From a virus (Duplodnaviria; Caudoviricetes), in IMG/VR virus record IMGVR_UViG_3300028805_002025, positions 160,001 to 224,000 of that record: a DNA stretch of 64,000 nt, one strand, 5' to 3'. Every line of letters begins with the position of its first letter. The stretch's first letter is position 1. The translations under genes and the position numbers were made by a program. The notes below the pieces were generated by a model. It did not search any database. It saw only the letters and a program-made list of their open reading frames with translations, and had not been told where the DNA came from. Below are positions 57,124 to 64,000 of the stretch, piece after piece.

Positions 57124-57447
57124 ATGAGACACCCTAAAGGATACTGGAAAAACAAGGAAAATATGATGACTGAAGCCAGAAAATATTCAACAAAGGAGGA
57201 GTTCCAGAAAGGAAACCTTACTGCATTCCTAGCCGCCCATAAATACGGTTATATAGATAATATGGACTGGATGGTTAAACAGAAGCAACACAAGAAGGGG
57301 TATTGGACTTACAAGCACATAGAAGAGGAGGCACTGAAGTACGATACCAAGACTGAGTTCTTCAAGGGGAATCAAACAGCATACAGGGCTGCTCTGAAGA
57401 TGGGTGTGATTGATGATTTCTTCGGACTTAATGACTATGTACAATAA
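57124..57447 (+). CDS. Two-repeat putative DNA-binding protein
   Basis: Two copies of H.KGYW......EA.KY.TK.EF.KGN..A..AA.K.G.ID; no nuclease domain. Confidence 0.7.
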   Translation: MRHPKGYWKNKENMMTEARKYSTKEEFQKGNLTAFLAAHKYGYIDNMDWMVKQKQHKKGYWTYKHIEEEALKYDTKTEFFKGNQTAYRAALKMGVIDDFFGLNDYVQ

Positions 57448-57473
57448 AAAAAGAGCAACCATTGCTGATTGCC

Positions 57474-57722
57474 CTAATCATCTTGTCCGTGAAATTTGTA
57501 ACCAAGTTTTTTTGCTCTATTTTTGCCACCATTTGGGTAATATCCGTGCATTGGACTTACTTCTTTTTTATCGTGGTCAATTACATAGTTTGTATAACCA
57601 TCTTTGCCAGTTACAAACTCAAGATTTCCATCTCTTCTGTTCTCATTCAGTATCCTATTCACGCACTCCTTCACAATTCTGTGAAGGTCTTGTTCTGTTA
57701 ATCTAATCAATTTTTTATTCAT
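57474..57722 (-). CDS. Small protein with IRLTEQDLHRIVKECV leader
   Basis: Shared leader; TATTTAT at 57756-57762. Confidence 0.8.
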   Translation of the reverse strand: MNKKLIRLTEQDLHRIVKECVNRILNENRRDGNLEFVTGKDGYTNYVIDHDKKEVSPMHGYYPNGGKNRAKKLGYKFHGQDD

Positions 57723-57845
57723 ATTATAATATGTATTTATTTCGTTATTTTAATAATAAATATCAGCAATTTTTCGCCCATATGTAAGTCTATTAGATTT
57801 GTTTGTAAGTGGCTTGAAATTAAGGTTGAACTGATGGCGGTTTAA

Positions 57846-58274
57846 TCATCTTTTATTCAATCCAACAACATCTATGACAAAACTCTTAAGACTGTTATAT
57901 GCGTCAAAAAGATATTGTTTATTGCCATATTCTGTTCTCCCCATTATTTCTTTAATTGTCTCAGCCATTTTATTTAACGTTTTAATATCTTTATAATCTA
58001 TATTATCAGGCATATTATATAGTCTTTCATTTAATACTCCATTTACAGACTCTTTTACTATCTGATGTAAGTCTTGTTCTGTTAATCTTATAATATTTTC
58101 CTCAACCTTCTCTGGGAGTCCCTTGTGTTTTGTTTCCGCAAAATCCTTTACATCATCCATTGACATCCCCTTTGCAGCTTTCTTTATCTTGCTGCTTGGA
58201 TTCTTCATTTCACCCTTCTTGTATGCATCCACCATACCGAAGAACCTCTGCTGTGCTTTACTTTTGCTTGGCAT
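57846..58274 (-). CDS. DUF3008-like basic protein with internal IRLTEQDLH leader
   Basis: MPSKSKAQQRFFG...MS..DVKDFA.TKHKGLPEKV followed by the leader motif. Confidence 0.75.
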   Translation of the reverse strand: MPSKSKAQQRFFGMVDAYKKGEMKNPSSKIKKAAKGMSMDDVKDFAETKHKGLPEKVEENIIRLTEQDLHQIVKESVNGVLNERLYNMPDNIDYKDIKTLNKMAETIKEIMGRTEYGNKQYLFDAYNSLKSFVIDVVGLNKR

Positions 58275-58305
58275 ATTAATCTATTATTTTTATATTTGTA
58301 ATTAT

Positions 58306-59238
58306 TTACCTTATAACTTCACCAGTAAGTTGTTCAACTTTTTCTATTGGCATATATCCAACTTCTTGCAACGGCTTAAATACTTCACTGAATGGTTTTC
58401 CAAGCAATTCGCTTATTTCAGATTCATCAAGTGCAAAATCGACAAATTTATCCTTACTAAAAGTTGCATCATGATTCCACCTCACGTTGCAGGTATCAAG
58501 GTCTCCATTTTCATCAACGATTACGAAAATCATACTCAAACCATAATCATCATAAGCATTCTTGTCGTTATAGTGGAAATAAATACTCTCGACCATATCC
58601 CAATTTTCATTGAGCATTATATACATAGCATTCATACCATCGCAAGTATAATTATTCCACGTGTCAAGACTCCTTGTGTAACAAATCACATCACCAGTAT
58701 CGTGACTATCGGTATACATACCGAAATATTGGGCAACCTCGAAGGTCACAGGTCCGATAACCGTGTAATTACCCTTACTATATGTTGACTCATTGTTGGT
58801 AGTACCATTTTTCCTGGTGTATTCATTGTCAACAAAGTTACTAAACGACTCACCATCGACGAGAGTATTCTTGAGTTCAGACACATAGTTCAGCATCGCC
58901 AGTCTTCCATTATTTGCTTCAATGGTCTTACACTTCGTATGTATGTACTGAATCATCTTCCTAATGTTGAACCCAACGGTGTTGTTTGAAAACGCACCGA
59001 TTTCAGCAGCAATGACATAGAAATTAGGCTCTAGGACAATAAACCAGTCATCATTAACACCCTCATAGCCGAAATAATACCTTTTAAACCTCTGCTGCAT
59101 TTGTACAACAGTGTTGTTGACAGGAACACCTAGACGTTGTGCTATTACCTCCTGTGTGTGTCTGTCAGCTCTTCTGCTATTTGTACTCTCAGTCAAAAAT
59201 ATCTTCTTGAAACTGTTCTCCATCAAATGTATTATCAT
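58306..59238 (-). CDS. Hypothetical protein with Glu-containing leader (possibly PcfJ-like domain)
   Basis: MIIHLMENSFKKIFLTE; ICYT....W..Y...YD.YGLSMI.V.V......C..RWNH. Confidence 0.6.
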   Translation of the reverse strand: MIIHLMENSFKKIFLTESTNSRRADRHTQEVIAQRLGVPVNNTVVQMQQRFKRYYFGYEGVNDDWFIVLEPNFYVIAAEIGAFSNNTVGFNIRKMIQYIHTKCKTIEANNGRLAMLNYVSELKNTLVDGESFSNFVDNEYTRKNGTTNNESTYSKGNYTVIGPVTFEVAQYFGMYTDSHDTGDVICYTRSLDTWNNYTCDGMNAMYIMLNENWDMVESIYFHYNDKNAYDDYGLSMIFVIVDENGDLDTCNVRWNHDATFSKDKFVDFALDESEISELLGKPFSEVFKPLQEVGYMPIEKVEQLTGEVIR

Positions 59239-61216
59239 TCTTTTGTTTATGTCTTTCTACCTCATATTTGTAATTATTTTCGATTATCAACTTCTCCATA
59301 AAGCAGTTGTATATCCTAAAGTTGCTGATATATCCTATGAAGCTTCCAGCGAAGCTCTTCTCAAGAGGATAAACCCTTGTAGGGTTCAGCATGTAGTTAG
59401 GCTGTATCGTCTCTGCAAGACCCTGTGTTCCACCGCCAAGTGATATATTATAAGGTATACCCTCCTGTTTCTCATAAAGGTCATTAAGTGCCTTTAAGTC
59501 AAGTGATGGTAAATCCTGTGTAATGTAAACTAATTTTCCATTGACATAGAACATAATCTTCATCTTATCCAGGGTGAACATCAGCCTAGCCATTACAGTA
59601 ACCCACTCACAGTCTGGTATGACGTTTTCAAATGAATATCCCTCGATGATTCCAGTCTTGTCTCTGCCTTCCTTATTACAGTCTAATGTGAGCATCCTGT
59701 ATCCTATCTCCCCCTTATCTGTTATTCTGAACGCCAGAGCGTTATTATAAAGGTCTCTGTAAGGATTGTAGTTGTTCGCTGACTGATTCCTAAGGTCGTC
59801 TATATTTGACACCGTGTAGCCAGTTTTTGTCCTGTTCATGAGGATGAACAAGTTTCCAGTAAACTGGCTTCTCCTTCCATAATACATGATTTGAGTACCT
59901 TCTATCCAATTCTTAATAGTCTTACCGTTCTTAGTGCGGTCAAAAATCATAAATTTGTTATCTGTGTAGAAGTAGTACTGGTTTGCTTCGAACAAGGAGA
60001 AGCCATTATCTGTATAGTAAACGAAGTCAGATATGTCAAGTTCTGCCTCAACATAGTCCATAGCTTCCTCCGCTGACATAATATCACCAGTGTCAAATAT
60101 GTAGTCCTCGCCAAACTCCGTACAACCCTTCAATGGATTAGGGTCGAACGGTTCTCTTGGCTTTGGTACTCTCTTATATGATATAGGACATCCACAACCA
60201 CGAAACCAAGGCTTGAGTATGAAGTCGTCATCACTAATCTCACCACAACACCATGTAAGCGTACTGTGACGTGCATTCTCATCAATCACCTTAGGTTTCT
60301 TCTCAGTTTCAATCTCCAAGTAGTCGTACATGTCGTTCCAGTCGCAGTAATCATCTGCATACAGGTCGTCTGAGTAATAGTTGTAATTGGTATAGTCACC
60401 AAGCTCAAACGGGTCGTATCCATCGAAATCTATCATAGGGCTTGTGAACTCTCCAATGATGTAAGTCTTCTTGTTAATTTCACCACCTTCAACGAACTCT
60501 TCCATACCAAGCTGGTAACATTCCTCAAGGTTATCTACATCATCCTTGTCATACTGGTATATCCACTTGTTCTCAGACCTTACACCAATGTAGAAGAATA
60601 TACCCTTATTCTCTGGATACTTATCATTCAGTGTCTTGGTAGACTCTGGTTCAAAATCACATTTCTTGAGAGTAAACTCGAAATACATGTCATCACCACT
60701 CTTAAATTTGGATGGTAGTATCCTGTATTTCTCGCACTCTGTCTCAAAAAAGCCCTGGAAGAAGCCGCCATTGAGTTTTGCTTGGCACTCCTCTATCTCA
60801 TAAGGGTATTCATACTGTAGGGTATTACCGCTTACAGCATGAAGCTTGAGACGCATATCATTCTCTTCTATGTCAAACTTATTCTTCTGGAATATATCAA
60901 CAAAGTCCTTATTGGTAATCCTGTCCTTCCTAAACTGGAAGAGACCATTGTCAACACCTGTGTATGTTATATTGTGTAATGTATAACCACTTGCAACAGC
61001 CTTGTCCCAATAGTAGTCCTTCTTGCTGTAAACCCACTCCTTCATGTCGGTACAATCTGGGTCACAGAGGTCTATGTAAGATATAAGGCAATCATCATAC
61101 AACCCATTCAACTTGAATGAGCCGTAAGTATCCTTGTTAACAAAGAAATCCCAATATTCATCCTTGTTAATCCTAAGTTTTAGGTTATGATAGTTATTAA
61201 CCTTTAAATTTGCCAT
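59189..61216 (-). CDS. Acidic Cys-rich virion structural protein with LamG/ConA-like C-terminal region
   Basis: EW.TV...FYVNGKLV...ISLGGG...FIGYISNFRIYN; late promoter. Confidence 0.6.
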   Translation of the reverse strand: MANLKVNNYHNLKLRINKDEYWDFFVNKDTYGSFKLNGLYDDCLISYIDLCDPDCTDMKEWVYSKKDYYWDKAVASGYTLHNITYTGVDNGLFQFRKDRITNKDFVDIFQKNKFDIEENDMRLKLHAVSGNTLQYEYPYEIEECQAKLNGGFFQGFFETECEKYRILPSKFKSGDDMYFEFTLKKCDFEPESTKTLNDKYPENKGIFFYIGVRSENKWIYQYDKDDVDNLEECYQLGMEEFVEGGEINKKTYIIGEFTSPMIDFDGYDPFELGDYTNYNYYSDDLYADDYCDWNDMYDYLEIETEKKPKVIDENARHSTLTWCCGEISDDDFILKPWFRGCGCPISYKRVPKPREPFDPNPLKGCTEFGEDYIFDTGDIMSAEEAMDYVEAELDISDFVYYTDNGFSLFEANQYYFYTDNKFMIFDRTKNGKTIKNWIEGTQIMYYGRRSQFTGNLFILMNRTKTGYTVSNIDDLRNQSANNYNPYRDLYNNALAFRITDKGEIGYRMLTLDCNKEGRDKTGIIEGYSFENVIPDCEWVTVMARLMFTLDKMKIMFYVNGKLVYITQDLPSLDLKALNDLYEKQEGIPYNISLGGGTQGLAETIQPNYMLNPTRVYPLEKSFAGSFIGYISNFRIYNCFMEKLIIENNYKYEVERHKQKNDNTFDGEQFQEDIFD

Positions 61217-61241
61217 ACACTTGCTACATTATTTCTATCTT

Positions 61242-61253
61242 ATAAATATTTAT
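61242..61253. promoter_or_regulatory. Palindromic bidirectional late promoter ATAAATATTTAT
   Basis: Between divergent starts at 61216 and 61274. Confidence 0.7.
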
Positions 61254-61273
61254 TGGAAATAAAACCAGACAGT

Positions 61274-62242
61274 ATGAAGGTGATTAAATTAAACGAATCC
61301 CAATATAACATTCTATTTGAAAACATCAAATCTAGAAATATTCATATAAATGAATCATCAGACGATGAATATTCAAAATTTTATGATTATCTTGAAGATT
61401 ATGATGAATATTATGTTTTACATGAATTCTTCTTTAATAATAAAGGAAAACAAGATTGGGGTATATTAATTAATCCTAATATGTATGCAAAAGCATTACG
61501 TGAATTCACAAAATATGGCAAACTGATTAATTTCCCTTCAAAATATGTTTATCAGTGGATGGGAATCATTATGAAGAACACAGCTATACTAGCGTCAAAC
61601 ACGAATCTTGCTGGACATTCTGGTTATTTCCCAGGAGATTTGGTTGCTGAACTTGCTGCATCAATTGATGGTATTGCGATTGGGGAAAATTATGAAGAAG
61701 GGGGTGGATGGCTTGAAGAAAAAGGATTTTACGATTGGACAGAGATGCCAGATGGAAGTGATGCTTTGAGCGACTACGGTATTGAACCATTGGTGAAAAT
61801 ATTTAAAGAATACAATGAAAATTTACCTCCAGAAAAAGTTCTTGTATTAATTAATAGGGCATTAGATGTATATCATCAAAGAGGTGATATGGCTTCAATA
61901 TTCATCCAAGGTGGTAGCAAAGTACTTTCTAAGATTTCTGAAAATGTTAAAAGAAGCATTATAAAAGCACGTATAAATGAAATAAAGAAAAATATTATGA
62001 AGGTAATTAAATTAAACGAATCTCAATATAAGAGGCTGTTTGAAGACATTGAATTCTATGGTGAGGAAAACCCATCTTCTATACCAGACGAACAAACACA
62101 TGACCAGACATGGGTTACTTCAACTATGGATAAAGGTGATGAAGGTAAAGAAAAGGGTATTCCACCAGGAGTACTTGGAAAAGACCCACATAATGATTTT
62201 AGTCCTAACGACAGATACGGTACTTTTAGAAACGCAAGATAA
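61274..62242 (+). CDS. Leader-cargo-leader-cargo protein (two MKVIKLNESQY leaders; possible second start at 61997)
   Basis: 35-nt direct repeat at 61274 and 61997, 723 bp apart and in frame. Confidence 0.75.
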   Translation: MKVIKLNESQYNILFENIKSRNIHINESSDDEYSKFYDYLEDYDEYYVLHEFFFNNKGKQDWGILINPNMYAKALREFTKYGKLINFPSKYVYQWMGIIMKNTAILASNTNLAGHSGYFPGDLVAELAASIDGIAIGENYEEGGGWLEEKGFYDWTEMPDGSDALSDYGIEPLVKIFKEYNENLPPEKVLVLINRALDVYHQRGDMASIFIQGGSKVLSKISENVKRSIIKARINEIKKNIMKVIKLNESQYKRLFEDIEFYGEENPSSIPDEQTHDQTWVTSTMDKGDEGKEKGIPPGVLGKDPHNDFSPNDRYGTFRNAR

Positions 62243-62799
62243 TGGCTATTATTTTAGAGTTCGATAAAAAGGTAGGTAACAAAGGTATGAACGTACCATT
62301 GAAGTTACAACAGGATTCCAGTACATTGCTAAATGCACTGGATAATGCTGGTGTACCTAAGCAGAACCTTAAGAACTTAAGGAGTCTTGCAGCTACAAAG
62401 ACATATAACAAAAAGAAGCCTGGAAGCAAGAATGATAAAGAACAAGCTGGAACAAACTACATAACTGCTGATGTTGCTAAAAAAAGAAAGCAGAGATGGC
62501 CAGACAATCCTACAATGGCTAAACTACAGGGTGGTAAAAAAGCGTTGGACTTCTATACCAAGGTCGTACAGATGGCTAGTAGACAACAGGAGGTTTCACC
62601 AGTTGAACCACCAAAACCAACAGCACAAAAGGCTTCAAAACCAGAGATTCCAAAGGCAAAGGAAATTCCAATGCCAAACGGCAAGATAAAACTGACAGCT
62701 TCAGTTGAGCCTAAAAAGGTTATGAGTGAAGGAAAGAAAGTTTACATAACAGAAGAACAAGTTCTAAAAATTAAAGATTATGGCAAAGAGTCCAATTGA
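62242..62799 (+). CDS. Basic hypothetical protein with C-terminal KKVYITEEQ motif
   Basis: 185-aa ORF overlapping both neighbours. Confidence 0.7.
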   Translation: MAIILEFDKKVGNKGMNVPLKLQQDSSTLLNALDNAGVPKQNLKNLRSLAATKTYNKKKPGSKNDKEQAGTNYITADVAKKRKQRWPDNPTMAKLQGGKKALDFYTKVVQMASRQQEVSPVEPPKPTAQKASKPEIPKAKEIPMPNGKIKLTASVEPKKVMSEGKKVYITEEQVLKIKDYGKESN

Positions 62800-63346
62800 A
62801 AGAACATTAGATAGGATAGGAAACGTTGTGCAGGATATTTTCACAGGTCCTTCAGAACCACCTGTTGTTAAGTCAATGAATGGCAGTACTACAGGTCAAA
62901 CGTGCCTTGAGAAGGTTGGTATGGAAGCAAGAAAGACCCACCTCATGAGGAATGAGTGGAGAAAAGACCTTGAGTATTCCAAGCCTCTTGTTCTTGCTGA
63001 ATATGAAATACAGACTGAGTTTAAGGTTTCAACTGCTGACGACGATGTTGCAACACAATTGATGAATACCCAGCAGAAGGAGCGTGAAAAAGAATTAAAA
63101 GCCCAAGAGAAAGCTAAGAAAAAAGCTGACAAAAAGGCTAAACAAGAAGCTAAAAAACAAACGCAAGTAGCTGGTGTTCCAGAGGATGCTCAACCTGCTG
63201 GTGCTAACACCAAGACAGAACCTGCTGAAACCACCATACAACCAGAGAGACAGACACTTACTCAAGTGGTAAACTCACAGGCTAAGCAGAATTACATACC
63301 TAACATAGGAAACGAAATGTTTATACATGGTTTCGGTAGGGTGTAA
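62780..63346 (+). CDS. Hypothetical protein sharing a motif with the next gene
   Basis: GQTCLEK.GME.R motif. Confidence 0.7.
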   Translation: MAKSPIERTLDRIGNVVQDIFTGPSEPPVVKSMNGSTTGQTCLEKVGMEARKTHLMRNEWRKDLEYSKPLVLAEYEIQTEFKVSTADDDVATQLMNTQQKEREKELKAQEKAKKKADKKAKQEAKKQTQVAGVPEDAQPAGANTKTEPAETTIQPERQTLTQVVNSQAKQNYIPNIGNEMFIHGFGRV

Positions 63347-63403
63347 AAAACAGATGATAACTATTTATTATTAAAATAAAATATTTAAAATTTATAGAGA
63401 ATT

Positions 63404-63832
63404 ATGGCAAATACTATTCCAAACGGACAGACATGTCTTGAGAAGAGAGGTATGGAGGAGAGACACCAGGAGATTACTCGTAGTGACTATAACATCGAGA
63501 ATCAGTATGGTGCAACACATAAGGACGCTACCAGCGACGGTGACGCACAGGGTAAGGGAACAGGACACGGTGGACACACCCACTTCCTCCCAGACTGCAC
63601 GAAGCCAACCAACATGATTAACTACAGCAACTTCGACACTGAAAACGGTGGTGGTTGCTATGATATCAAGGGTAGAAACGGTATCAGCGGACGTGAGAGA
63701 GCATTGGCTATCTCAATGTACAACAAGGAGAACCCTTATGGTGCAAACCTTGTAGATACAAGTGCAAACGTAGCTGACGGACAGTACTATGTTGGACAGC
63801 AGCTCGGTAGTCCTAATTCAAACTGCGGATAA
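63404..63832 (+). CDS. Putative small virion protein
   Basis: GQTCLEKRGMEER...Y...H.DA.SDGD..GKGT; late promoter at 63362-63368. Confidence 0.65.
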   Translation: MANTIPNGQTCLEKRGMEERHQEITRSDYNIENQYGATHKDATSDGDAQGKGTGHGGHTHFLPDCTKPTNMINYSNFDTENGGGCYDIKGRNGISGRERALAISMYNKENPYGANLVDTSANVADGQYYVGQQLGSPNSNCG

Positions 63833-63844
63833 TAGAACTAACCG

Positions 63845-64000
63845 ATGAATCACATTGACCTGTCTTTATCCAACATCCTGGAGTCAATGAGGCTTAACGA
63901 AGATTCAAACCTAGCTGACTTCAGAGATAATAAGGATAAAATAAACTATGCCATCGACAACAGGCTGATGATATCACTGTACTATGACGATGGAAAAGGT
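63845..64000 (+). CDS. Partial ORF, possibly WYL-like domain after a Glu-containing leader
   Basis: Read manually: MNHIDLSLSNILESMRLNE...INYAIDNRLMISLYYDDGKG; truncated by the window end. Confidence 0.5.
   Translation, partial: MNHIDLSLSNILESMRLNEDSNLADFRDNKDKINYAIDNRLMISLYYDDGKG

Noticed and set aside
223-63583. Many short ORFs in the track lying antisense or out of frame to long genes (e.g. 3943..4743, 12958..13869, 43838..44569, 51490..52284, 58123..58788)
   Set aside because: They are shadows of real genes, with biased Ser/Leu/Ile-rich composition, no motifs and no promoter context.
1-64000. Stop-codon recoding (TAG to Gln) as in Lak and some crAss-like phages
   Set aside because: Long genes are intact in code 11 with high coding density, and TAG ends the gene at 7385 right at a terminator.
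1-64000. tRNA, rRNA, integrase or transposase genes
   Set aside because: None recognised by eye in the short AT-rich intergenic gaps or among the ORFs; a tRNAscan/Infernal run would be needed to exclude RNA genes formally.

Overview
This window is a 64-kb piece of a large (probably jumbo) contractile-tailed phage genome in standard code 11. The host is almost certainly a Bacteroidota species: five TTTG-N19/20-TAnnTTTG promoters are present and start codons sit in A-rich contexts without a Shine-Dalgarno. Most genes are late structural genes on the minus strand. They include a tube-initiator/baseplate protein (cut by the window edge), tape measure, gp26/gp51-like chaperones, tail tube and a tube paralog, a 1157-aa sheath, a gp15-like tail terminator and a 29-kb block of 15 fibre/adhesin genes (28.2-57.0 kb). 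Plus-strand islands carry a family B DNA polymerase, an RNA 2'-phosphotransferase (KptA/Tpt1), a SprT-like protease and a DUF3307 protein. Main candidates for undescribed biology: (1) the fibre genes reuse four orthogonal pairs of N-terminal and C-terminal junction motifs, implying a combinatorial, branched plug-and-socket fibre tree tipped with several adhesins; (2) a galactofuranose module (Glf plus a GT-A/DUF4422 fusion) sits inside the tail locus; (3) about 10 unrelated late proteins, including an ART-like ADP-ribosyltransferase, share a Glu-rich leader that may target them into the capsid, and one leader copy flanks a 723-bp in-frame cassette; (4) a probable non-canonical (-2/+1) chaperone frameshift; (5) a TATTTAT late promoter found about 20 times. 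All family calls come from reading motifs by eye; no database search was run.
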